The notes under the pieces: model-generated
Told to the model about the DNA's origin: nothing
The model's database searches: none
What the model saw: only the letters and a program-made list of their open reading frames with translations
Part shown: positions 41,234 to 56,650 of the stretch, piece by piece
Layout: each line of letters begins with the position of its first letter
How positions within the stretch are numbered: the first letter of the stretch is position 1
NCBI GenBank assembly: GCA_943788985.1
Contig: CALSSJ010000010.1
Coordinates: 192,001 to 256,000 of the forward strand
DNA length: 64,000 bases
Direction: 5' to 3'
Source of the DNA: an uncultured Lentisphaerales bacterium
Lineage (GTDB): Bacteria > Verrucomicrobiota > Lentisphaeria > JABSQK01 > UBA12247
Program-made: the position numbers and the translations under genes

Positions 41234-42189
41234 GTACTGATAGCGGCAGCCTGCCGGGCGTCTCGGCAGTGATTCCTGCCTATAACTACGCGCACTTCCT
41301 GTCGGCTGCGATCGATTCTATCCTCCAGCAGGACTATCCTAACGTCCACATCATTGTGGTCGATGATGGCAGCAAGGACAACACTGCTGAAGTCGTCGCG
41401 AAGTACGGTGACAAGGTCGAGTATGTGTATCAGGATAACGCTGGATTGCCCGCCTCGCGAAATACCGGGATTCGTGCCGCCAAGACGCCCTTCGTCGCGT
41501 TTCTGGACGCAGACGATCTCTGGCTGCCAAACCTGGTCTCGCAGTGCATCGGCGTTTTTGCTGACAATGACGATTCTCTCGGGATCGTGGCGGGGAAATT
41601 TGTCAGGGTCGACCCGGAGGGGAAGCCATACGGGAAAGTGACGCGCGATGATGACTTCTATGGCTTCTACAGGCCGGAAGACATTATCCTCAAGCAGCGC
41701 TTTGGTGCCTCAGCGGTGATGGTGCGCCGTGAGGTATTCGATGAGGTCGGGTTCTTTGATGTGAGCCTCACCAGCTCCGAAGATAGAGATATGTGGATTC
41801 GGATCGGGGCCAAGTACAAGGGCTATCTGACTGAAGACGTGCTCGGCTATGTTCGTAACCATCCCAATAGTATGAGCAAACATTCAGATCGGATGAAGCA
41901 GAATATGCGCGCGGTCATTCGCAAGGCTCGCGCGAGCGACGTGATCCCGAAGTACAACTATCCGTTCTGGCTTCGGGTGATCGCGTTTAACATGTTCCAG
42001 TGCGCCTGGATGTATTTTGACGAGCGGCGCTATGTGCGTGCGTCTGTGGAGTTAACGAAATCCCTGCTGACCTGGCCGTTTATTGTGGGTTGCGCTGATC
42101 TCGATGAGCCACCGCTGTTCCGCATCCGGGCGCTGCGCCGGTTTCTCTGGGCGATTGTGGCGGGCCCTCGGCGTCCCAAGAACGCGTAG
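41230..42189 (+). CDS. Glycosyltransferase family 2
   Basis: VIPAYN, VVDDGS, FLDADD and EDRDMW. Confidence 0.9.
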   Translation: MSTDSGSLPGVSAVIPAYNYAHFLSAAIDSILQQDYPNVHIIVVDDGSKDNTAEVVAKYGDKVEYVYQDNAGLPASRNTGIRAAKTPFVAFLDADDLWLPNLVSQCIGVFADNDDSLGIVAGKFVRVDPEGKPYGKVTRDDDFYGFYRPEDIILKQRFGASAVMVRREVFDEVGFFDVSLTSSEDRDMWIRIGAKYKGYLTEDVLGYVRNHPNSMSKHSDRMKQNMRAVIRKARASDVIPKYNYPFWLRVIAFNMFQCAWMYFDERRYVRASVELTKSLLTWPFIVGCADLDEPPLFRIRALRRFLWAIVAGPRRPKNA

Positions 42190-42192
42190 CAG

Positions 42193-42756
42193 GTGACTCG
42201 CCTGTTTGCACTGCTCGCTACCTGTCTGGTGAGCTTCGGACAGGGGATGGGCCAGGGGCAATCGGTTAGACTCCAGCTCGACGACGCTATAGTCGTCTCA
42301 GGAGTTGTCGAAGCGATTGACGATGATCGCTATATGATTTCGCAAGCAGATGGCAAGACCGTCGTCGTTCGCGCAGAAGATATCGTGCAACTCGCCTTTG
42401 ATCCGGATGCTGCGAAAGTCTACCAAGACGAACTGGCGCGAGACGAAGCACCGCTGCCGAAGCTCACTCATCAGCAGTTTCAGCAGCTCGCAGGGCGGGA
42501 GACTATTCTGGACCTTGAATCTGCAGTCATGAAAATCTTAACGACGCCACAGTTACTTGCCTCAGTCGCGGAGCTAAGTCAGGAGCCGGGGCTGAAAACT
42601 CTGATTCAGGATGTCGGTGCAATGCAGCAATTCTACAAAGGACAGATCGCCGATTTCTCGAGGCATCCGGAAGTCGTGAAGCTGCGGGAAAATGCCAAGC
42701 TGCAGTCTCTGCTGGACGCGCTGGAGGCGCCGTCTAGTCCAGTCGCGGAAGAGTGA
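42193..42756 (+). CDS. Hypothetical exported protein
   Basis: Signal-peptide-like N-terminus; 3 nt after the GT2 stop. Confidence 0.6.
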   Translation: MTRLFALLATCLVSFGQGMGQGQSVRLQLDDAIVVSGVVEAIDDDRYMISQADGKTVVVRAEDIVQLAFDPDAAKVYQDELARDEAPLPKLTHQQFQQLAGRETILDLESAVMKILTTPQLLASVAELSQEPGLKTLIQDVGAMQQFYKGQIADFSRHPEVVKLRENAKLQSLLDALEAPSSPVAEE

Positions 42757-42768
42757 ACCGGGACCGCG

Positions 42769-44001
42769 CTATTGCTGCGGAGGGCGTAGATCCAGGCAAA
42801 CCACCTGGTGCTCGTCACGGAGATAGAGGAGGCCATTGGCAACGACCGGAGGTGCCCACGCGGGGTGGCCCAGGACGTTCTTGCGACGGGAAACTTCCGT
42901 GTAGGCATTCGGCGTCACTTCCAGAAGAGCCACGTGCCCGCGCTCACCGAGGACGATGATGTGCTCTTGGACCATTAGCAAGGTGGATCTTCCCAGCCCG
43001 CGCGGGCTCTTCCAGGCCACGCGACCGTCCTTCGCATCCAGGCAGCGAATGTCCGCCCCAGACTCGTGGCGGCCGTGACAGCCGTAGATGTAACCATCGT
43101 GAAAAATGGGTGTGGCCCAGTGCCCTTCCAATGCAGTTTGCGAGCGCCAGACTTCAGCTGCGGAGTTCGCACCGATGAGTGCGGAGCCGACCTTGTAGGC
43201 CGCTGTGATCAAGAGTGAATCGCCAACCCTGACAGGGGATGCCGCGTTGACGGATTCATTGACCTCCGCTCGAAACGGGTAGGCGCAGACCTCGGTTCCA
43301 TCGGCGATCCCAAGAACACGAAGGTGGCTGCGCGTGAGGCAGGCTAGCGCCGGGGTGCCGGACACGTCCAATGTAATTGGGGTGGCGTAGCTCGCAGCGT
43401 CGTCGGTCGCAGTCCAGAGCGTCTTACCGGTGTGCAACGAAAAAGCCATTACGCCGTGGCCGTCCTTGCCTCCGGCGTTGATCATGACACGGTCGTCGTA
43501 CACAACGGGGGCCGTCCCAGCGCCGAAGAAGTTTTGCGGTACGTTGAACTCCCGATTGACCTCTCGCTCCCAGCGGAGTGAGCCGTCACTGGCTTCGAGA
43601 CAACGCAGCCGACCCTCGGTGCCAAAAATCAACACGAGGTCGCCGTCAACCGTGGGTGAACCGCGCGGACCGTTGCTGTACCCGTAGCGATCCTTGTAGG
43701 TGGTGGCATAGCTGTGGCGCCAGAGGCGTATCCCCGTCTGCGCGTCGAGCGCATCCAGCACCTCCTCGTTGCGCCGCCGGTGAAACACGTACAGCTTGCC
43801 AGCGGCTACCACTGGCGGGCTGTACGAAGAACCGGTCTTGTAGCGCCAGAGGACCGCGGGAGGGTGCTTCTCCCAGTTTAGGTTTAGCTCTGTTTCAGCG
43901 GATACGCCGGTTTGAGCCGGACCTAGAAACCGGGGCCAGTCTGCAGCGGTTGCGAAGTTCGCAAAACACAGCAGGACCATACTGGGGAGGATAGCTTTCA
44001 T
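42769..44001 (-). CDS. PQQ-binding-like beta-propeller protein (BamB-like repeats)
   Basis: ADWPRFLGP, repeated LDAxTGxxLW and SSPVV/ATPI motifs, WAPPVVANGLLYLR. Confidence 0.85.
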   Translation of the reverse strand: MKAILPSMVLLCFANFATAADWPRFLGPAQTGVSAETELNLNWEKHPPAVLWRYKTGSSYSPPVVAAGKLYVFHRRRNEEVLDALDAQTGIRLWRHSYATTYKDRYGYSNGPRGSPTVDGDLVLIFGTEGRLRCLEASDGSLRWEREVNREFNVPQNFFGAGTAPVVYDDRVMINAGGKDGHGVMAFSLHTGKTLWTATDDAASYATPITLDVSGTPALACLTRSHLRVLGIADGTEVCAYPFRAEVNESVNAASPVRVGDSLLITAAYKVGSALIGANSAAEVWRSQTALEGHWATPIFHDGYIYGCHGRHESGADIRCLDAKDGRVAWKSPRGLGRSTLLMVQEHIIVLGERGHVALLEVTPNAYTEVSRRKNVLGHPAWAPPVVANGLLYLRDEHQVVCLDLRPPQQ

Positions 44002-44258
44002 GGTAGCAAGGTGCCGGGATTATCGATAATGTCCAGTGCGGGCTACCAGCGCCTTTCTGAATTTGGCGGATTTCGCAGCTTTTGATCCCTGAGGCCGTTA
44101 TTATGGGTTGGCTAGATGCCGATCAAATTTGCATATAAAGCCCACAGCGACTAAAAAAGGCCGTTTCGTGGCGATTCGCACATCCTTTTTGACGCACGCG
44201 CGTTGTTTTAGATCGTTCATCTTGTAATGTACGCCAACGACTTAGACCATTAATGTGA

Positions 44259-46748
<2,490 letters not shown>

Positions 46749-46810
46749 TCCGACGTCGGCGCAGCTTTTCCCCTATTTTTTAGACTGAGACCCATTCAGC
46801 GAGGCCCCCC

Positions 46811-49471
<2,661 letters not shown>

Positions 49472-49684
49472 AGCGACCTTTATCACTGGCGGTGCTGGCT
49501 CAATGCTTTGCATGGTGGCCTGCTGCGGGCCAGCCAATCCCTGAGGCTGTGACTCAGGCTGTGAGCCGGGCGCTAGCACGTCTCAGTGGAAGGCCTTGGC
49601 TTGGCATGAGCGAGGGGCACGGTTGGGAGGCAGTATTTTCGTCGCGTCTGTGGGATTCTGTACAGGGCAGAGCTTGAGCGTGAA

Positions 49685-51562
49685 ATGTCAGATCTCACAG
49701 TAACTTGCAAAAAGTTCTATTTGCCGCTAAGTGCGATGGCACTGCTCGGGATTGTGATGGGGATTCTCTGCCCGAGTATTCAGGTGGCTGTCGAGCCAGC
49801 CCAAGTTTTGGCGGGAATCGTCGAGTACCCGCGAGATAACCCATTTTACATCTACCAGGCGAAGGTTTGGACGATTCTGCACCAAGTGACGGCGGTGTGG
49901 CTATGGCTAGGGATGTCAGATGATATGGCGTTTCGCATCCTCTCGTGCGTCGGGCCATTTGCCGGGATGCTGGGGATGGCGCTGGTCGTGCGTGCAGTTG
50001 CGCCAGCTCACATGATGATCTGCGTCATACCATTATTCGCCTTTCAGATCGCACGTGGCTGGGGAATGAACTATCCGGTGTTGTTCGCCGGTGCCCCACA
50101 CACCTATGGACTTGTTGGCTCTCAGACTGTGATGCTCTGTTTGGGATTGTTTGCCGCGGGACGACCAAAGCTCGGTGCGGCTCTGCTAGGGGTGCTGCCC
50201 GCTATCCATCCGTCGCTGGGAGTTTGGGCCGGCCTTGTGATTGCAACCGGATATGCGTGGCATGTGCGCGGTCGTTGGCGTCGCATGGTGCCTCTTTTGC
50301 TGCCCTTTGGCTGTGGATGTCTAGTGACGGTAATTAGCCTGACTATACATTTTGGCTTTTTCGCAGACGTTCCGTCGATTTCGGCAGAGGAAGCCAGCAT
50401 TTACCACAGGGCGTGGATCGAGCATTGGGACGGACACCGAAAACCGTTGTCGTGGCTCAAACCCCAGAACGCGGTGCTATTGAGCGGGTTTATTCTATCA
50501 CTGGCCTGGCTCTGCTGCTATCGCCGCAAGATGACGCGCAATGGGGCATTTATCCTGAGGGTTGTTTTCGTCGCGTTCGCAATCGGCATTCCTGCCGTTG
50601 CTATAACGCATATTTCGCCGGAGCGGGTGCCTGTGATTGCAGTCGCGTTGATGCCAACGCGCCCACTGAATATCAGCGTGGTTCTGTATCCGCTATTACT
50701 TATGGGATTTATCTGGCACTTTCGCCGCACGGTAGTGGTCCCCGCCTGGCTGTTTCTGATCGTAGGGTTGGCAGCAACGAAGATTTTTCCGACGCCGATC
50801 GAGTGGGCCTTAGGGACCCCGCTGGTTCTGGTTCTGCTCGCTGTGGTCGATAGAAACAAGTCGTTGCTTGCATTCGGAGTCGGCGCTCTGGCCTTGATTG
50901 GGGCGGTTTCTCTCGGCAGCATCGGCCTACTAATAATTGGCGTGGCTTTGCCGCCAGTTGGCGTTTGGCTGTCTAGGCGACCGTTTTGTACGCGTGCGCT
51001 TCATCATGGAGTTGTGAAGCGGTGGTGGGGGGGGGCACTGACCTTTTGCATGCTGATCATCGCGGTGCGCTTTGCAGTAATCGTTGGGCGCTATTCGATA
51101 TCCGATCATGCTAAGTATGCGGAGCAGATCCGGAGCCCTGCGATTCGTGTCGCAAGATCTCGGGAGGGAGGGCTAGCTCTTGCTCCATCGCTTTACATGG
51201 TGCAACTGGTTACGAGACGACCGGTACCCTTGGATCCCGTCGCGTTGGATGGGTACATCTACGCGATGGAGGGCTGGCCAACTGCCAATCGCTGCATGCG
51301 AGAGTTGTACGGGGTGGACCTGTTGGATCCGCCACCGGGCTTGATTGCGAATGCCTGCGTACCCGAGCAGCCGAGTAGACAGCTTTGGCGAGAGCGCACG
51401 CCGGAGGAATGGCAACGGCTCGGGAAGAAGTATCTCTTTACGGATGTGCTTACGCCTATTGGCTGGAAGCTGAATCTGCCGGTCATTGTTGTAGACGCCC
51501 GGCACGTGCTTTACGCAGTTCCGGATTCGGTTAGGCCAAGGTTACCTGCGGCGGCCGAGTAA
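49685..51562 (+). CDS. Polytopic membrane protein, possible GT-C-fold glycosyltransferase
   Basis: 625 aa with roughly a dozen hydrophobic helices and a soluble C-terminal domain; convergent with and overlapping hddA by 32 nt. Confidence 0.55.
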   Translation: MSDLTVTCKKFYLPLSAMALLGIVMGILCPSIQVAVEPAQVLAGIVEYPRDNPFYIYQAKVWTILHQVTAVWLWLGMSDDMAFRILSCVGPFAGMLGMALVVRAVAPAHMMICVIPLFAFQIARGWGMNYPVLFAGAPHTYGLVGSQTVMLCLGLFAAGRPKLGAALLGVLPAIHPSLGVWAGLVIATGYAWHVRGRWRRMVPLLLPFGCGCLVTVISLTIHFGFFADVPSISAEEASIYHRAWIEHWDGHRKPLSWLKPQNAVLLSGFILSLAWLCCYRRKMTRNGAFILRVVFVAFAIGIPAVAITHISPERVPVIAVALMPTRPLNISVVLYPLLLMGFIWHFRRTVVVPAWLFLIVGLAATKIFPTPIEWALGTPLVLVLLAVVDRNKSLLAFGVGALALIGAVSLGSIGLLIIGVALPPVGVWLSRRPFCTRALHHGVVKRWWGGALTFCMLIIAVRFAVIVGRYSISDHAKYAEQIRSPAIRVARSREGGLALAPSLYMVQLVTRRPVPLDPVALDGYIYAMEGWPTANRCMRELYGVDLLDPPPGLIANACVPEQPSRQLWRERTPEEWQRLGKKYLFTDVLTPIGWKLNLPVIVVDARHVLYAVPDSVRPRLPAAAE

Positions 51563-52532
51563 TAATGGTCGTCCCGGTGGAGCTTACAGCAATCGGAATC
51601 TCAATCAGCTCATTCAGGCCGCTCCGTACAGATTCCCGGTGCGAAGGCGCGACAAACAGCAACAGAAAACCGCCGCCGCCAGCACCACAGAGTTTGCCGC
51701 CGAGGGCGCCGGCTTCCCGAGCGCGTGAATAGAGCTTGTCGATCTCCGGCGTGGAAATGCGATCACTGATTTTTCTTTTCAACTGCCATGATTCGTGCAG
51801 GAGGCTTCCGAAGTCTGAGAGTGAGGAGTCTCTGTCGGTAAGAATTCTGGTCGCAGTGTCCACCATGCCGCGCATGGTATGGAGAGTCTGGGCTTTCGCC
51901 TCGAGATCTCCCACATAAGCTTGGGCAATCGTGGAAGCGGTTCGCGAGAGACCGGTGAAGAACATCATAAGATGCCCCTGAAACGCCTCGAGTCGATTCA
52001 TAGACAACTGGAGCGGGTGTACGTCAAAGCCACCGTCTGGTGCGAACTCGATGCGATTCAGTCCGCCATAAGCGGCGGCGATTTGGTCCTGGATGCCGAC
52101 GGTCTCGCCCATCACCACGTGCTCAAGGTAGATACTTTCCTTTGCCAGCTCGCGCACACTCAGGTCCCGGCCGCGCATGGTATGGAGGCAGTTTAGCAGG
52201 CCGACTGTGAAGGACGAGCTGGAGCCAATTCCGCTGCGGGCCGGTAGGTCCCCGCTGTGCTGAATCTCCACGCCGTAGTCGACTTCCAGATGGCGCAGAC
52301 ACCCTTCAACGGCTGGATGCTCGATCTCTGAGTTATCGTTCACAAGCTCGATATGCGACCAGACAATCCGCGACCGATGTGCGAAAAACGGCGGAAGTTG
52401 GCGACAAGTGATGTAGCAGTATTTGTCGATAGCTGTCGACAGTACCGCACCACCATGCTTCCCAAACCAGGCGGGGTAGTCCGTCCCACCGCCAAAAAAT
52501 GAGACGCGATACGGCGTGCGGCTGATAATCAT
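51531..52532 (-). CDS. hddA: GHMP kinase, D-glycero-D-manno-heptose-7-phosphate kinase-like
   Basis: RTPYRVSFFGGGTD, LPARSGIGSSS, GIQDQ and GGKLCGAGGGG. Confidence 0.85.
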   Translation of the reverse strand: MIISRTPYRVSFFGGGTDYPAWFGKHGGAVLSTAIDKYCYITCRQLPPFFAHRSRIVWSHIELVNDNSEIEHPAVEGCLRHLEVDYGVEIQHSGDLPARSGIGSSSSFTVGLLNCLHTMRGRDLSVRELAKESIYLEHVVMGETVGIQDQIAAAYGGLNRIEFAPDGGFDVHPLQLSMNRLEAFQGHLMMFFTGLSRTASTIAQAYVGDLEAKAQTLHTMRGMVDTATRILTDRDSSLSDFGSLLHESWQLKRKISDRISTPEIDKLYSRAREAGALGGKLCGAGGGGFLLLFVAPSHRESVRSGLNELIEIPIAVSSTGTTIITRPPQVTLA

Positions 52533-53464
52533 CAGACGTTCTTGTAGTCAAATGGCATCACGCCAAATGCACACCGCAGCTCGACAATTCCATCATCGAG
52601 TGAGCGCTTGGCCTCGAAGCCGGCTTCACGGAGGCGTGCATTCGAGACGATGTAGTTACGCTTATCAGGGTCTTCGCCAATGGGCGCATGGTGGATCACA
52701 AAACCGGGAATGTGCGCGCGAATGGCCTCTGCTAGCTCGGTCTTGGAAAGATTGGCGTCATCGAGTCCTGCGTTGTAGCAATGGCCGACCATTTTGTCGC
52801 GGTTGGTGATGCAATGAAGGAAGGCATCTGCTACGTCGCGGATGTGGATGTAGTTTCGCTTGAAGTGGCCTTCGAAAATCACGACGTAGCGGTCTGTGCA
52901 GGCAGCGTAGGTGAAATGATTCACCAGCAAGTCGAGCCGCATTCGGCTCGAGCTGCCGAACACGGTGGCGAGGCGCAGCGTGATCGCGTTCTCAGCTTCG
53001 AGCAGCAGCAATTCGGCATTCACCTTTGTCTTGCCGTAAAGTGTGATGGGCTCGAGCGGACTGTCTTCCGTACACACCACTTCGCCGCTCTTAGTGCCGT
53101 AGCCGCTATTCGTATTGGGGTAGACCACCAGCTGGTTTGAGCTGCGTCGGTCGTTGAGGTCGCGAATGGCGTCGAAGTTAGTCGTCTCCGCCGCAACCGG
53201 CTGCCGCGCGCAGGCACCAGCGCCAACAATGGCTGCCAGCGGGATTAGCACATCGGCCTTGGCGATGAGAGGCCCGACCACACCCATGTCGCGGGCATCA
53301 GCGCGGATGAAATCGAAATTGGGGTCATGACAGAGATGCAATAGGCTGGGCACGCGGTGTAGCAGCAGGTCCACAGCGGTGACTTTGTATCCTTCGGCCA
53401 GCAGTTGTTCGCATAGAACGGATCCTAAAAATCCGCCAGCGCCAGTTACCAAAACGTGTGTCAT
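52532..53464 (-). CDS. Extended SDR resembling GDP-D-glycero-D-manno-heptose C4 dehydrogenase (Cj1427-like)
   Basis: GAGGFLG, IPLAAIVGA, YPNTNSGYG, YGKTK, RMRLDLLVN and IGEDPDKRNY, which I recall as the Cj1427 family signature. Confidence 0.75.
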   Translation of the reverse strand: MTHVLVTGAGGFLGSVLCEQLLAEGYKVTAVDLLLHRVPSLLHLCHDPNFDFIRADARDMGVVGPLIAKADVLIPLAAIVGAGACARQPVAAETTNFDAIRDLNDRRSSNQLVVYPNTNSGYGTKSGEVVCTEDSPLEPITLYGKTKVNAELLLLEAENAITLRLATVFGSSSRMRLDLLVNHFTYAACTDRYVVIFEGHFKRNYIHIRDVADAFLHCITNRDKMVGHCYNAGLDDANLSKTELAEAIRAHIPGFVIHHAPIGEDPDKRNYIVSNARLREAGFEAKRSLDDGIVELRCAFGVMPFDYKNV

Positions 53465-53480
53465 AATGAACTCCTCTGCG

Positions 53481-54206
53481 TTATGATTCGAATTGTTCTA
53501 AAAACCTACCCGCCGAAGCATAACTCTCCGGCGTGCCAATGTCCAGAAACTCCCCCTCCGTTTCACACCCTGCAAGCCGGCCGTCGAGCCATTCCGGGAA
53601 GATGGCTCGCTCCAGACTGAATGGCGCAGCGAGCGTGACGTCGTCTAATGCATCGCGCTCAAACAGGTAGACGCCAGCGTTGACCAAGGCGGGCCCGGCA
53701 GGCGACTCACTCTTCTCGATAAACGCCCGTACGTTAGAGCCGTCGAGTTCTACCACACCATAGCGATCTGGCTGCGGATGGCGGATCAGGGTCAGAGTTG
53801 CGCGCTGTTTTCCCGTGCTATGCTGGGCGATCGCCGCAGCGCTGGACGCCGTGCAAATCGAGTCTCCATTGCAGACCAGGCAGGTTTGTGATCTGACCTG
53901 CTGCAAGGCTGCCTGAACGGCTCCGCCCGTGCCCAGCGGGGTTTGCTCCTGGATGTAGGTGATCTCGACATTCCAATCGGCGCCGGTCTTGAAATGGTCA
54001 CTCACCCAATCGCCGCGGTAGCCGAGACTGAAGACGAAGCGTCGAATTCCCTCGTGGCGCAGCTTGATCAGCAGCCATTCGACAAACGGCCGACCGCGAA
54101 CGTCGGCCATTGGCTTGGGGCGATCGGCCACCACGGCACGTAAGCGCGTACCGAGCCCGCCCACCAGGATTACTGCCTCGGAGACAGTCGAACAAGAGTC
54201 AGTCAT
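53481..54206 (-). CDS. hddC: Sugar-1-phosphate nucleotidyltransferase, HddC-like guanylyltransferase
   Basis: ILVGGLGTRL..PKPM, PLGTGGA, NGD and FLDIGTPE. Confidence 0.8.
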   Translation of the reverse strand: MTDSCSTVSEAVILVGGLGTRLRAVVADRPKPMADVRGRPFVEWLLIKLRHEGIRRFVFSLGYRGDWVSDHFKTGADWNVEITYIQEQTPLGTGGAVQAALQQVRSQTCLVCNGDSICTASSAAAIAQHSTGKQRATLTLIRHPQPDRYGVVELDGSNVRAFIEKSESPAGPALVNAGVYLFERDALDDVTLAAPFSLERAIFPEWLDGRLAGCETEGEFLDIGTPESYASAGRFLEQFES

Positions 54207-55155
54207 CGAAGCCAATAGTGTCCGCAATGATAAAGTTTGGGCGCCGACGCACATCATCGAAGACGCGTGCGATGTAGAGGGAGGCAATACCAATAAAGAA
54301 AAGCTGCACGGCCATGGATGCGCTCAGCCCCCAAGCGAGCCACCACGTGCCGGAAACGCTGTGCCCAGACAGAGATAAGCCGATCAGAACCAACAATCCG
54401 AGTAGCGACCCCAGGCACAGAAACAAGGAAAGGATCGACGACACGAATAGCGGAAACATGGAGTAGGACGTGAGCCCGAGGATCAATGTCTTGAGCGGAT
54501 TGATCGTTGCTAAAATTGGGAAATGAGTAATTCCCCCTGCACGCGCTTCGCGAACATACTTGACCTCGTCTTGGCGGTAGCCTACCCAGGCGACCATGCC
54601 GCGAAGATATGGATTTCGCTCTCGCAGATCAAGGATGTGACCGACGACGCGGCGCGACAGCAGCTTGAAATCTCCTGCATCGACCGGAATCTGGACGGAT
54701 GATATCTTCCGGATCATGCGATAGGCAAAGTAGGTGATGGCCAGCTTAACTGGATTCTCGCCTTCTCGTCGCGACCGCACCGTATGCACTACATCAGCGC
54801 CGTCCTGCCACCGTTCGATTAGTTTAGGGATCAACTCCGGTGGGTCCTGTAGGTCGGAATCCATATACACTACAGCGTCACCGGTCGCGTACGAAAACCC
54901 GGCAAGAACACACTCAGCCACGCCTGTGCGGCGCGCTGTGCTGATCACCTTTACGCCAGCATCTTTGGCGTTTGCTTCTTGCAGTAGCCTCAGGGAGTCA
55001 TCGGTAGAGTCATCGTTCACGAAAACCATTTCGTAGCGCGCAGTACAGTCTTTAAACGCACGCTGAACGCGCTCGATAAGCAGCGGGATGACGTCCGCTT
55101 CGTTGCGAAACGAAAATACGATGCTGATCAGGGGATCCGGATGACGCTCAGGCAT
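54199..55155 (-). CDS. GtrB/ArnC-like polyprenyl-phosphate glycosyltransferase (GT2 with two C-terminal TMs)
   Basis: NDDSTD, MDSDLQDPPE, DAGDFKL, LRGMVAWVGY and C-terminal TM pair ending YIARVFDDVRRRP. Confidence 0.85.
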   Translation of the reverse strand: MPERHPDPLISIVFSFRNEADVIPLLIERVQRAFKDCTARYEMVFVNDDSTDDSLRLLQEANAKDAGVKVISTARRTGVAECVLAGFSYATGDAVVYMDSDLQDPPELIPKLIERWQDGADVVHTVRSRREGENPVKLAITYFAYRMIRKISSVQIPVDAGDFKLLSRRVVGHILDLRERNPYLRGMVAWVGYRQDEVKYVREARAGGITHFPILATINPLKTLILGLTSYSMFPLFVSSILSLFLCLGSLLGLLVLIGLSLSGHSVSGTWWLAWGLSASMAVQLFFIGIASLYIARVFDDVRRRPNFIIADTIGFDD

Positions 55156-56647
55156 TATCTCGCTTCAGGCGCTGTACAGCCATGTTGTTAATTGACGCAA
55201 CCGTGTCCGCCCCAAACGTTTCGTGAATCATGTTCAGATAGGTTGGGTTGCTGTAGTACTCGTGAAACGCGTCGTCACGAAAACGTAGCACGTCACCGGC
55301 ACTCACGTGCTTGGTGGCAAGCGGGAGCGAATCGACAGAATGCTGCGAGTAACCGGACCAACTCTTGGGGAGGGGGAGCCCTTCCTTTATCGCGTGGTCA
55401 TACAATGGCGATCCAGGATAGGCCATCGCGCAATAGAAGTTGCCAAACTCGCAGTTAAGCTCCATCGCGAGGTCCAGTGTCTCCTGCATGGAAGCCAAGT
55501 CGTCTTCTGGCAGCCCGAAGATGTAGTTACCGATGATGTATATTCCGTGGCTTCTGGTCAGCGCGAGCGTCTCGCGAATCGCATCTTGGTCGATGCCCTT
55601 ATCGACGTCCTTACGGACTTTGCTGTTTCCGGACTCAATGCCGAAGGCCAGCCAGTTAAACCCTGCAGCCTTAAGTTTGTCGAGCATCTCGGGTTTGACC
55701 GTGTCGACACGGGAGTATGCCCAAATATTGAGATCGTAGCCGCGCTCGATGATCAGGTCGCAGAGCCCGATGACGTGGTGCTTGTTGAGCACGAACATCT
55801 CGTCGGCCATCTTGATGTTGCGTACGCCGTACTGATTCACCAAGATATCAAGCTGGCTGCCGATCTGCTCGACGCTCCAGCGGCGGTAGGTGTTCACTTT
55901 CTCTTTGTACCCAGCCAGCTTTTCGCCTTCCTTGAACGGCGCCTGAATGCAGCAAAAGCTGCATTTATAGGGGCAGCCCAGCGTCGTATACATGGCTACG
56001 TACGGCGCACGATCCAGTTCTCCGAGGCAATGCCAATTGTGGGCGCGATAGAGGTCCATCGGCAGCAGGTCCCAAGCGATTCCGGGCATCTCGACGTCCA
56101 AGTTCTGTAGGAGCGGCGCTCCGAGATTCTGCTGAATCTCGTCGCCGTCGTGGTAAATCAAACCGCGAACCTTGTCGAGTCGCGGCGCAGCGCTGTCTAG
56201 CGCCGCCAGGAGATCGACCAGCGTAACGACACCTTCACCAGTGCCGACAAAGTCTGCCACTGTTTCGTCGAAACTACGGCGCGGTAAGGCCGCGGCGTGG
56301 CCACCTAGCACGATGATTTTCTGGTCAGGAGTGTTGTCTTTGATTGTTTCACAGACCTGGATAGCACCAGGCATGACTTGGGTCGCTGCGGATGGCTGTT
56401 GCCCATAGACGACAACGGCAACCAGCTTGGGATTTAGGGCTTCGACCCGTTCGGCTGTGGCCTGCGGCGTGAGTGCCTCGGCACAGGAATCGATGATCGC
56501 AACACTGTGCCCATGGCCGCGCGCGTAGGTGGCCATCAAGCCAGCCCAGACAGGCGGCTCAATTGCGCTCAGCGTTTTACCAAGTGATTGGTAGATCTGC
56601 TCGCGGTTTGCCGGGTTAATCAATACCAGGTCGATCTGCGCTGCCAT
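55148..56647 (-). CDS. Cobalamin-binding radical SAM enzyme (class B methyltransferase-like)
   Basis: N-terminal B12-binding domain (EPPVW, GGHAAALP, GEG), CPYKCSFC and GIESG. Confidence 0.88.
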   Translation of the reverse strand: MAAQIDLVLINPANREQIYQSLGKTLSAIEPPVWAGLMATYARGHGHSVAIIDSCAEALTPQATAERVEALNPKLVAVVVYGQQPSAATQVMPGAIQVCETIKDNTPDQKIIVLGGHAAALPRRSFDETVADFVGTGEGVVTLVDLLAALDSAAPRLDKVRGLIYHDGDEIQQNLGAPLLQNLDVEMPGIAWDLLPMDLYRAHNWHCLGELDRAPYVAMYTTLGCPYKCSFCCIQAPFKEGEKLAGYKEKVNTYRRWSVEQIGSQLDILVNQYGVRNIKMADEMFVLNKHHVIGLCDLIIERGYDLNIWAYSRVDTVKPEMLDKLKAAGFNWLAFGIESGNSKVRKDVDKGIDQDAIRETLALTRSHGIYIIGNYIFGLPEDDLASMQETLDLAMELNCEFGNFYCAMAYPGSPLYDHAIKEGLPLPKSWSGYSQHSVDSLPLATKHVSAGDVLRFRDDAFHEYYSNPTYLNMIHETFGADTVASINNMAVQRLKRDNA

Positions 56648-56650
56648 TCT